Shown here: piece by piece, positions 26,361-34,761 of the stretch | How positions within the stretch are numbered: the stretch's first letter is position 1 | Layout: each line of letters opens with the position of its first letter | Source of the DNA: Anaerolineales bacterium | GTDB taxonomy: Bacteria > Chloroflexota > Anaerolineae > Anaerolineales > UBA4823 | Direction of reading: 5' to 3' | Assembly: GCA_046260155.1 (NCBI GenBank) | Contig: JBJYXV010000091.1 | Span: forward strand, 45,542-109,541 | Length of the DNA stretch: 64,000 bases | Position numbers and translations under genes: made by a program | Notes under the pieces: generated by a model | Databases searched by the model: none | Seen by the model: only the letters and a program-made list of their open reading frames with translations | Told to the model about the DNA's origin: nothing

Positions 26361-28913
26361 TCAACTCCTCAATTCAGCACCAATTTTTTCACTCAGCTGA
26401 TTTATGATCTTGTTCCGGATGCGGGATACTTCTTTATCGGTTAAGGTGCGTTCCGGGTCCTGATATTTCAAACTGAATGCGAGGCTCTTTTTACCGGAGC
26501 CTGCCTGGCCTCCCCGGTAAACATCAAACAGATTGACCTCAGCGATCATCGTCCCTCCAGCAGCTTTCATGATCTCGACAATCTCCTGCACCTGAATATT
26601 TTCATCGACAATGAAGGCAAGATCCTCGAGGACAGGAGGGAATACTGGGACGGAGGATACATAATAGCGATCCGGTATCAGTGCTGCTATGGCTTCGATA
26701 TTCAAATCAGCAACCAGGACCGGGGATTCAGGAAAATCATAATTTCCCTTCACCAGGGGGTGAATTTCACCAAAAACCCCAATTTCAACTTCACCATAGT
26801 GGACCAATGCGCATTTTCCAGGATGGAAAGTTGGGTGCTGATACGGTTTGTATTGGGTGTCATGGATATGCAAACCCTCCAGCAAACCTTCGATGATACC
26901 TTTAAGATCGTAGAAATCCATCGGATTTTGATCGCTTTCCTCCCAATGTGGTAAATCCCTGCTTCCAGATAGAAAGATGGCAAGCTTCCGCGGTTCCTTT
27001 GGCAGCAATTCACCTTCTTCCGGAAGGTAAACTGCACCTAATTCGAAAAGTGACAAGCTGCGTGAGATTCGGCTGTTTCGCTCGCCAATTTCAAGTACGC
27101 TGGCCAGCAAACTCTGCCGCATGACGATCCTGTCACTCGCAATAGGGTTAGCAATTCGAAGATATTCTGCCCCAGGATAGGTTCTATCCGGTGAGATGCG
27201 GTTTTCATTTTCTGGATTGGTAAGCCTGTGGGACATTATTTCCTGGAGACCCAATCTGACGAGTATATCCCGGATCATTTCTTCTTGTTGGAGGATTGGA
27301 TTTCCATGTTGGGGAGGGAGCGCGTCGGCCAATCGGGTTTCGGGGATGCGATCATATCCATAAATGCGGGCGATCTCCTCCATCAAGTCCGCAATTCCGA
27401 TGATACCCTTCCCAATATCCAGTCGATGGGCAGGGGTTTGTGCGGTGATCTTCTCACCATCAAACTGAACTTGAAACTCGAGCCGGGTGAGTATATCCTC
27501 TATCTGGTTGGAAGAAATTTTAATCCCCAACCATCGTTCAACATCCTGGATCGAGAATTCCACCAGAGGATCCTCCGGTGGTAAGGGGTAGGAGTCCACC
27601 AAACCCTGCGCAACCACACCCCCTGCCCAGCGGTGCATCAATGCCAAGCCTCTAAGCACACCGTCTTCTGCTAAAGCAGGATGAACCCCACGTGAAAAGC
27701 GGTATGCCGCTTCAGAGGTCATCCGTTGGGCTGCTATAGTTCTGCGAATGTTTGTGAAATTCCAGGCTGCGCCTTCTAGAAGTATTCTACGAGTCTGCAG
27801 GGTAACCTCGGATTCTGCTCCACCCATCACCCCTGCGATTGAAAGGGCGCCTGCTGAATCGCACACCAAGACTGTGAAATCATCCAATTCATGCTCGATA
27901 TCATCCAGGGTTGTGAGGGTTTCACCTGGATCTGCAGTGCGGGTGATGATTTTTGGCGGTGCTCCTTTTGCTCTCTCGAGCAGCACATCATAATCAAAAG
28001 CGTGCAGCGGTTCCCCGATTTCAATCATGGCATAGTTAGTAGCATCCACGATGTTGTTTATCGGGCGCATACCAGCCAGGTGCAGCCTGCGCTGGACTTC
28101 ATAAGGGCTGGGATGAATCTCAATGCCCTCTATCAAACCTAGGACAAAACGCGGGTTGAGTTTTGGCTCTCGTATCTCAACGCTTACCTGCCCGTCAATC
28201 GTTGAACCCTCCATGGGAACACTTAAATCGGGGGATCGCAATTCTTTTCCGGTGACGGCAGCAATTTCCCGGGAAACGCCATAGATGTTTGCATCCCGGG
28301 CGATATTGGGGGTGATGGCAATCTCCAGCACAACATCCCCCATGTAATCCGCCAGCGGCATGCCAACCGGGGCATCTTCATCTAGGATGATCACTCCTTC
28401 ATGAGCCTCAGAGATACCCAACTCTTTTTCGGAACAGGCCATTGAATAGGATTCGACACCGCGGATTTTTGTCCGTTTAAGGGTCATTAACTCTTTCCCT
28501 GGTTTGTGCCCGTCGTAAAGTGTTGCACCTTCACGTGCATAGGCAACTTTGATCGCCTTGTCCAGGATACCCGCTCCTTTAAAGGGGAACAGGTTTGGCG
28601 CACCGGTTAAGGCGATATGTTCTTGTTCTCCATCGTCTAAACGACATAAAACAAGCCGGTCAGCATTGGGATGCGGCATCACCTCTGTGATGGCGCCAAC
28701 AACAATTTTTTCTTTGTTCCACTCCAGTCCAGAAATCTTGGTTTCCTGGCGGTATTCACCGCCGGAAGAATCCTTTTTTACCTTTGGCAGTGGAAGGCCT
28801 ACGAAGATAATTTCCTCGACTTCCAGTCCAGCCAATGTCAACTGCTGGGCCAGACTCTCAATCGGTAAATCAATATCCACGAAATCCTTGACCCATGATA
28901 TTGGTACTCTCAT
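26361..28913 (-). CDS. pheT: Phenylalanyl-tRNA synthetase beta subunit
   Basis: MRVPISWVKDFVDI is the canonical N-terminus. B3/4, B5 and FDX-ACB regions are visible. The protein is 850 aa. Confidence 0.95.
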   Translation of the reverse strand: MRVPISWVKDFVDIDLPIESLAQQLTLAGLEVEEIIFVGLPLPKVKKDSSGGEYRQETKISGLEWNKEKIVVGAITEVMPHPNADRLVLCRLDDGEQEHIALTGAPNLFPFKGAGILDKAIKVAYAREGATLYDGHKPGKELMTLKRTKIRGVESYSMACSEKELGISEAHEGVIILDEDAPVGMPLADYMGDVVLEIAITPNIARDANIYGVSREIAAVTGKELRSPDLSVPMEGSTIDGQVSVEIREPKLNPRFVLGLIEGIEIHPSPYEVQRRLHLAGMRPINNIVDATNYAMIEIGEPLHAFDYDVLLERAKGAPPKIITRTADPGETLTTLDDIEHELDDFTVLVCDSAGALSIAGVMGGAESEVTLQTRRILLEGAAWNFTNIRRTIAAQRMTSEAAYRFSRGVHPALAEDGVLRGLALMHRWAGGVVAQGLVDSYPLPPEDPLVEFSIQDVERWLGIKISSNQIEDILTRLEFQVQFDGEKITAQTPAHRLDIGKGIIGIADLMEEIARIYGYDRIPETRLADALPPQHGNPILQQEEMIRDILVRLGLQEIMSHRLTNPENENRISPDRTYPGAEYLRIANPIASDRIVMRQSLLASVLEIGERNSRISRSLSLFELGAVYLPEEGELLPKEPRKLAIFLSGSRDLPHWEESDQNPMDFYDLKGIIEGLLEGLHIHDTQYKPYQHPTFHPGKCALVHYGEVEIGVFGEIHPLVKGNYDFPESPVLVADLNIEAIAALIPDRYYVSSVPVFPPVLEDLAFIVDENIQVQEIVEIMKAAGGTMIAEVNLFDVYRGGQAGSGKKSLAFSLKYQDPERTLTDKEVSRIRNKIINQLSEKIGAELRS

Positions 28914-29016
28914 TTGATAACTCCTGCTAATCGATCCTTAGCGATAAATTTGATTTTCGGTAAAACCTGATTTCAAGTTTATATTTGTCCATATGAAGGC
29001 TGTTTAACTATAACTT

Positions 29017-30078
29017 TCAAAACTGCTCTAAAAAGCGGACATCATTTGCCCAGAAGTAGCGGATATCCTCGATACGATAGCGCAGCATAGCAATACGTTC
29101 TGGCCCAATCCCGAAGGCAAATCCAGTATAGATTTCAGGATCATAACCACCGTTCTGAAGCACAATCGGATGAACCATCCCGCAACCTAAAATCTCCAGC
29201 CATCCCGTCCGTTTGCAGACTGAACATCCCTGGCCACCACAGACAAAACATTCGATATCCACTTCCGCACTGGGTTCAGTAAATGGGAAATGAGAAGCCC
29301 TGAAGCGAGAGCGAACTTGCATTCCGAATATGCGTTTGTTGAAATCACTCAAGGTGCCTTTAAGATCACTGAAAGTGATCTCCTTTCCAACCGCCAGGCC
29401 TTCGACCTGGGTGAACTGGGATTCTGAGCGTGTATTGACCTGCTCATGGCGATAACACATCCCAGGTAGGATGATGCGAATCGAGGGAGGATCCTGGGGG
29501 TTTCCAGCAGAATACTCTCGCATTGCATGAATTTGTCCGGGCGAGGTATGTGTGCGCAGCAGAACCGGGTTATCAACATCATGATCGCCCTCTATATAAA
29601 ACGAATCCTGCATGTCACGAGCCGGATGGTGAGGGGGGAAATTAAGCAGTTGAAAATTAAATTCATCTGTTTCAACATCCGGAGATTGGTAGACCTGGAA
29701 TCCCATATCCGCAAATACCTGATAAATTACCCTTAAAGTTTGCGTTATCGGATGCAGGCGCCCAATTTTAAGCGTCCTGCCGGGTAATGTCACGTCTAAT
29801 TGTTCTGTTTCCAAAGAGCGCTGCAGCTCTTCCTGTTGGAGCAGATCTTCCTTTTCAGCAAGTTTCTTTTCAAGCAATTGTTTCACTTGATTGGCCTGCC
29901 TCCCAATAGCTGGTCTGTCTTCCTTTGGTAGCTGACCCAATTGGTCGAAAATGCCCATCAATTTAGAACTGCGTCCCAGGTATTCTATGCGCCAATTCTC
30001 CAGTGAATCCGCATGATCCACTTTTTCCAAAGCGGCTAGCGCATCCTGTTGAATGCTTTCTAATTGTTGTAATGCCAT
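29017..30078 (-). CDS. pheS: Phenylalanyl-tRNA synthetase alpha subunit
   Basis: HPITQTLRVIYQVF, PPHHPARDMQDSFY and FRASHFPFTEPSAEVDI. The start is placed at MALQQLE (ATG 30078) behind GGAGG. The ORF-track start at 30114 would lie inside the leader terminator. Confidence 0.95.
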   Translation of the reverse strand: MALQQLESIQQDALAALEKVDHADSLENWRIEYLGRSSKLMGIFDQLGQLPKEDRPAIGRQANQVKQLLEKKLAEKEDLLQQEELQRSLETEQLDVTLPGRTLKIGRLHPITQTLRVIYQVFADMGFQVYQSPDVETDEFNFQLLNFPPHHPARDMQDSFYIEGDHDVDNPVLLRTHTSPGQIHAMREYSAGNPQDPPSIRIILPGMCYRHEQVNTRSESQFTQVEGLAVGKEITFSDLKGTLSDFNKRIFGMQVRSRFRASHFPFTEPSAEVDIECFVCGGQGCSVCKRTGWLEILGCGMVHPIVLQNGGYDPEIYTGFAFGIGPERIAMLRYRIEDIRYFWANDVRFLEQF

Positions 30079-30084
30079 TCGAAC

Positions 30085-30373
30085 CTCCAAGGATAATAAA
30101 AACATCCCGTCCATCTAAGGGACGGGATGTGATGCCCGTGGTACCACCCAAATTGACCGAAAATTCTGGTCCACTCAACCCCAACAGCAAGCGAATGCGA
30201 TTGGTCTCCCTTTCTAACGCTGGGAATGCGGCCCAAACTACAGGATCAAGATTGATCTTTCCCTTGGGCAGCTCAGGAGGGAACTTCTGCCAAGTTTAGC
30301 TGGGCCGGGGTTTCAGTCAATGCCCCTGGCTTCCCTGTCAGATTCCGTTGGCTTACTTTCCTCCATCGAGGCT
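30085..30373 (-). promoter_or_regulatory. T-box riboswitch leader (Phe specifier candidate UUC) with intrinsic terminator
   Basis: The minus strand reads ...GATGGAGGAAAGTAAGCC...AGGGAAG...GCAGAAG-TTC-CC (UUC at 30283..30281). The T-box sequence AATTTGGGTGGTACCACGGG is at 30154..30135. The terminator is CATCCCGTCC-7 nt-GGACGGGATG plus TTTTTATT (30129..30095). Confidence 0.8.
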
Positions 30374-30379
30374 GTTCAA

Positions 30380-30407
30380 TTTATAAAGGTTTCCCTATTA
30401 TCTGCAA
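30380..30407 (-). promoter_or_regulatory. Candidate promoter for the pheS leader
   Basis: Minus strand: TTGCAG, 16-nt spacer, TATAAA. Confidence 0.35.
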
Positions 30408-30456
30408 AAACCTCTTGCCTGTCAAGGGAGAAAGCTCCGGAGTAGCCGGTAATTAC

Positions 30457-31134
30457 TCAGGTATTTTGCTTGGCAATTAACTGTTGAACCCTTGGATAAT
30501 CAGCGTATACACCTCGATTTTCGGGCGGCAGCAAGGCAGCCAGCTGGCACATGATCTCCTCAGTGTTATGCTTCAGATCCTGCTCCCGGTTCATTCGATC
30601 GACCGGTGGTAAAGTGAATGGTTTACCAAAATTGACTTTAATCACCGGGCGTTTTAATTTAAGGATCTCCTTCGTGATTTGCCAGGTTCCAGCAACTGCA
30701 ACAGGCAGAATTGGGACTCTGGCTTGATCAGCAAGGAAGGCCACCCCTGTCTTGGCTTCAAGAAGTGCTCCAGTGCGACTTCGTGTGCCTTCGGGAGCGA
30801 TACCCAAGACACCACCGTTTCTCAGGTGGTCGCGGGCTGTGCGGAGAGCACGTGTATCGATTTCCTCTCTGTTCAGCCAGATGCCGTCCATGAGGTCAAT
30901 TAGCAGGCGAAAAAAAGTATTCTTTTGATGTTTTTTTGCGACTAAACCTGTGACGTCTTCCCGGTTGATTAAGCAATAAACCAGCGGTACTTCGATCACA
31001 CTTAAATGGTTTGCTGCTGCTATATAACCACCGCTTTGGGGTAGATTTTCCCTACCTTTAACTTGTACTCTGGATAATAGGCGAAATAATATCCGGAATA
31101 TTAGACAAAAAGTTTTGTGAAAAATGCGATGCAC
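30457..31134 (-). CDS. plsC: 1-acyl-sn-glycerol-3-phosphate acyltransferase family
   Basis: Motif I reads AANHLSVIE (HX4E instead of HX4D). Motif III is GIAPEGTRS, and there is an N-terminal hydrophobic anchor. Confidence 0.8.
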   Translation of the reverse strand: MHRIFHKTFCLIFRILFRLLSRVQVKGRENLPQSGGYIAAANHLSVIEVPLVYCLINREDVTGLVAKKHQKNTFFRLLIDLMDGIWLNREEIDTRALRTARDHLRNGGVLGIAPEGTRSRTGALLEAKTGVAFLADQARVPILPVAVAGTWQITKEILKLKRPVIKVNFGKPFTLPPVDRMNREQDLKHNTEEIMCQLAALLPPENRGVYADYPRVQQLIAKQNT

Positions 31135-31238
31135 CAGGTTATCTCTCCCGGGTAATTTTATCCTTGATTTATAAATTTTTCCATTTAAAAAGTTACGTAT
31201 AAAATTTTTGGTAATTAATCCTGATAGGCTAGTATAAT

Positions 31239-32156
31239 TTGTCAGATATGTACTTGAAGTATTACCGAATTCCTCTAATCCTAATTGTTTTCATGATTTC
31301 AGCCTGTGGGATTCAGCAAACCCCCGTACCCCGGGTTGAATCTCCGGTACCAGAATCGAGTCCAACCAGCACGCAAACATCCTTGCCTCCTACAGAGACA
31401 CCCATACCGATGGCGGTGATCATTAATGGTGAAGGGATTACTCTTGAAGAGTTCAATGCTGAGCTCGACAGATTTTTAACAGCCCAAGAGGGTGATTCTG
31501 GAATCGAACGGCAATCAGCAGAGACGATAGTCCTGGACGATTTGATCGGGCAGACTCTATTGTCACAAGGTGCAGATGAAAATGGGTTTAAACTGACCGA
31601 AGAAATGCTTTCAGAGCGAATCGACAATCTGATCGCCGAGGCAGGTGGTGAAGATGCCTTCAATCAATGGTTACAGGCAAATGGTTATGATCAAGCATCC
31701 TTCAGGAAGGATTTAGAAAGATCAATCAAAGCGGCTTGGATGCGTGATCAAATTCTTGCTGAAGTGCCGTCGGTTGCCAAACAGGTCAATCTTCGTCAAA
31801 TATTTCTCCTGGACGCTGCTCAAGCACAGCAGGTCTTCCAAGAGCTGGAGTCTGGAACGGATTTTGCAACCTTAGCGGCAGAATATGATCCCCTCACGCG
31901 TGGAGAAATCGGTTGGGTACCTCGAGACTATTTACCACATAAAATCATCGAAGAAGCGGCATTTACACTACAACCGGGAGAATATTCTCCAGTGCTTGAA
32001 ACAACAGTTGGCTACCATATCATCCAGGTTACCGCCATCGACGAGGAACGTCGATTAAGTCCTGATGCTCGCTTGATTTGGCAAGAGTTAGCGTTGCGCG
32101 ATTGGGTGAACCAGCATCGTGAAGATAGCGACATCGAAATATTAGCCTTAGGATAG
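31239..32156 (+). CDS. Parvulin-type peptidyl-prolyl isomerase lipoprotein (PrsA/SurA-like)
   Basis: The lipobox is MISAC. The parvulin domain shows FATLAAEYDP...GEIGWVPRDYLP...VGYHIIQV. Confidence 0.75.
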   Translation: MSDMYLKYYRIPLILIVFMISACGIQQTPVPRVESPVPESSPTSTQTSLPPTETPIPMAVIINGEGITLEEFNAELDRFLTAQEGDSGIERQSAETIVLDDLIGQTLLSQGADENGFKLTEEMLSERIDNLIAEAGGEDAFNQWLQANGYDQASFRKDLERSIKAAWMRDQILAEVPSVAKQVNLRQIFLLDAAQAQQVFQELESGTDFATLAAEYDPLTRGEIGWVPRDYLPHKIIEEAAFTLQPGEYSPVLETTVGYHIIQVTAIDEERRLSPDARLIWQELALRDWVNQHREDSDIEILALG

Positions 32157-32167
32157 GGAAGTGACAC

Positions 32168-32977
32168 ATGGATTCTTTTGATTTTTCCGATGATGCCCTA
32201 GAACCAGCGCAGAACAGTGCAGCTATAATTTGGAATATCCTCACAGTCATAGTTGTACTGATGATAGTATGTGTATGCGTCGTGGTTGGCTTACTGATGG
32301 TAAATCCACAAATTTCATTTAATCCTTATCCCCCACCAACTTTACCTGTTGAGGCAGAATTTCCAACTGCGACCCCGACCCCGAAGAGTGTTCTGCCTCC
32401 AACCTGGACCCCGGCTCCAACACTGTTTGCTACTCCAACACCGATACCTACGAATACTCTGGTACCGACGAATACCGAAACAGCAGTGGATACTGTACTT
32501 CCTCCTGATAGTTCCCCGACCAGTGAAACCCCCGGTGAAGGTGAACCCACTTCAACACCGGTAATCGCGACCGCTTCAGCTACACCCTCTGAAGAGATGC
32601 CTTTTGTTCTGCATCCAGGGGATCCGGTTGCAATCAATAATATTGGGCATCAAGAATTAGGGTGTGCGTGGATGGGAGTGGGTGGAAGGGCTTTTGACCT
32701 CAGCGGTGCGCCAGTTGAACAAGGTTTATTCATCCAGCTTGGCGGTACTGTCGGTGATGAGTCTATTGAAATGCTGGGTATGCTTGGAATGGTAGCGACT
32801 TACGGCCCTGGAAGTTACGAATTTGTGCTGGGAGACGCGCCTGTAGAATCAACCCAGCTTTTATGGGTCCAGTTGCTGGATCAGGCAATGCTGCCGCTCT
32901 CGAATAAAATATATTTCGATACTTTTGCTGATTGTGAAAAGAATCTGATCCTGATAAATTTCAACCAGGTCCGGTGA
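32168..32977 (+). CDS. Membrane-anchored hypothetical protein with Pro/Thr-rich linker
   Basis: The TM helix is IWNILTVIVVLMIVCVCVVVGLLMV. A long PT-rich linker and an unrecognised C-terminal domain of about 130 aa follow. It lies 11 nt after the PPIase gene. Confidence 0.5.
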   Translation: MDSFDFSDDALEPAQNSAAIIWNILTVIVVLMIVCVCVVVGLLMVNPQISFNPYPPPTLPVEAEFPTATPTPKSVLPPTWTPAPTLFATPTPIPTNTLVPTNTETAVDTVLPPDSSPTSETPGEGEPTSTPVIATASATPSEEMPFVLHPGDPVAINNIGHQELGCAWMGVGGRAFDLSGAPVEQGLFIQLGGTVGDESIEMLGMLGMVATYGPGSYEFVLGDAPVESTQLLWVQLLDQAMLPLSNKIYFDTFADCEKNLILINFNQVR

Positions 32978-32993
32978 AGCAGAAATTGGCAGA

Positions 32994-33860
32994 TTAATCG
33001 CCGCTGCAATCTTCTCCGCTGGTATCACACCATGCTTGTTTGCAGATGAGTGCATCCTCTTCGAGTGTGGGGCTCTCACACAAGATCCGTCCCTGGCACT
33101 CGAAATCATGCAGTGCTTTTAGAAATGATTTGTAGTCCAATTCAGAATCATCGAGGGGGAGGTGTTCTTTTTCGCCTTTCTCTCCATAATCAATGCCAGA
33201 AATATGGATATGCAGATGTTTTAATGATTCCGAGCCTAACGCACCACTGTATTCTTCCAGCATTTGTGCCCAGTGATCGTATGTGTTGAATGAGCCATCG
33301 CCTGGCCTCGCAAAGAGGTGGGCAGCATCAATGCAGGGTTGGACACCTTCAATTGCCAGGCTCATCTCAATTGTGTCGTCTAAAGATCCGAGCATTGCGG
33401 ATTTCCCCATTGTTTCCGGCCGCAGGGTTACCTGGTTATCTGCAGCTCGCAATTCCTGTATACAGCTATCCAATCGTTTGATCGCCGTAGGCAATACCTT
33501 CTCTGGTGGTTGCTGAAAATATGAACCAGGGTGAAAGACGATATCCGTTGCTCCGGCTAAATTCCCATAATGGGCAGCGTCCATAAGCCTTTTCTTGGAT
33601 TTGGGCCACTCGTCTTCGTCAGCGTTTAGATTGATGTAATAAGGTGCATGGACGCTGATCAGCACTCCGTTCTCTTCAGCAGCGACCTTGATTTCCTGGC
33701 AAGTTTTTTCAGATACACGCACAGACCTTACCCAGCCAAGCTCAAGGCTGAACAATCCGAGATCTGCACTTTGGATGACTCCACCAACACTACCTCCAGG
33801 TTTTTTTGGTGTAGATTTTGGTGATCCGACGGTACCGAATTTGAAGGATAATGCTGTCAT
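32994..33860 (-). CDS. Endonuclease IV-like TIM-barrel protein (AP endonuclease family 2)
   Basis: VHAPYYINL, VFHPGSY, LRPETMGK, CIDAAHLFA and LHIHISG follow the Nfo metal-ligand pattern. The C-terminal tail is Cys-rich. Confidence 0.7.
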   Translation of the reverse strand: MTALSFKFGTVGSPKSTPKKPGGSVGGVIQSADLGLFSLELGWVRSVRVSEKTCQEIKVAAEENGVLISVHAPYYINLNADEDEWPKSKKRLMDAAHYGNLAGATDIVFHPGSYFQQPPEKVLPTAIKRLDSCIQELRAADNQVTLRPETMGKSAMLGSLDDTIEMSLAIEGVQPCIDAAHLFARPGDGSFNTYDHWAQMLEEYSGALGSESLKHLHIHISGIDYGEKGEKEHLPLDDSELDYKSFLKALHDFECQGRILCESPTLEEDALICKQAWCDTSGEDCSGD

Positions 33861-33899
33861 GGGATGCCTCTATTGATCAAATACTATGATGACTTGAAA

Positions 33900-34307
33900 T
33901 TAATTGAATACCTGCATCAATCGTTCCCACAAAGGTGGACCCAAAATAATTATACCGATTATTGCAGATGAAGCAGCTGCGATCAGCACGGCACTTGCGC
34001 CCACATCTTTGCTGATCTTAGCCAGATCGTGCTGTTCAGGGCTAGCCAGATCGACAATCGCTTCCAGGGCTGTATTGATGAATTCTGCGGTCCAAACCAT
34101 GGCGATAGCGATGACGATCATTGCCCAATCATACCTGTTCAAGCCCAACCAGAAGGAAATTCCTATTACGCATACACTGATGATCGCATGGATCCAGGCA
34201 TTTCTCTGCGTGCGGATAACGTACCACCAACCCCCAATTGCGTATCGGAAGGAAAGAGCCCTGGATTTGAAGAATTCGAACATATTATCTTTCGGATTGA
34301 ACTTCAA
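33900..34307 (-). CDS. dgkA: Diacylglycerol/undecaprenol kinase (DgkA family)
   Basis: SFRYAIGGWWYVIRTQRNAWIHA and EFINTALEAIVDL. An alternative start at 34283 would remove the 23-nt overlap with ybeY. Confidence 0.8.
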   Translation of the reverse strand: MKFNPKDNMFEFFKSRALSFRYAIGGWWYVIRTQRNAWIHAIISVCVIGISFWLGLNRYDWAMIVIAIAMVWTAEFINTALEAIVDLASPEQHDLAKISKDVGASAVLIAAASSAIIGIIILGPPLWERLMQVFN

Positions 34308-34761
34308 TGTCAGCCAAATTGACTTGAACGCCCAATTCTGCTAACACTTGCTTTTGAGCATGCCACATTCTGGCTTTCTTTTCAGGTTGATCGTGGTTGT
34401 GGCCCAGCAAGTGCAGGATGCCGTGAATCGTCAATAGATATAACTCAGCGGTGACTGTATGACCGGCTTTTTCTGCTTGGGCCTGTGCTCTGGGGAAGGA
34501 TACGATGACATCACCGAGATATGGATTTCCTGAATCAGGGTCAACGTGCTGTGCGGGAAATGCGAGCACATCTGTTGGTTTATCCTGTCCTAAAAACTCA
34601 TAATTCAGTTCCCGAATGCGTTCATCATTATCAATCGCTAATGAAAGGTCATACTCGATAGATACCCCCTGGGCATCGAGGGTTGCTAATATGCATTTGT
34701 GGAAATTTGGAAGATCGGGCGAGTTTTGAAATTCGGGAGCGATCTCGATGAAAATTGTCAT
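34285..34761 (-). CDS. ybeY: rRNA maturation endoribonuclease YbeY
   Basis: The zinc motif is HGILHLLGHNHD. Confidence 0.9.
   Translation of the reverse strand: MTIFIEIAPEFQNSPDLPNFHKCILATLDAQGVSIEYDLSLAIDNDERIRELNYEFLGQDKPTDVLAFPAQHVDPDSGNPYLGDVIVSFPRAQAQAEKAGHTVTAELYLLTIHGILHLLGHNHDQPEKKARMWHAQKQVLAELGVQVNLADIEVQSER

Noticed and set aside
32326-32637. 103-aa minus-strand Gly/Val-rich ORF, and an apparent DNA repeat in the Pro/Thr-rich linker region.
   Set aside because: It is the antisense reading of biased PT codons (CCn/ACn). The DNA is low-complexity, not a tandem array of exact units.
33904-34344. 146-aa plus-strand ORF opposite dgkA.
   Set aside because: The minus strand encodes a canonical DgkA with conserved motifs. 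The plus ORF is a mirror-hydrophobic artefact.
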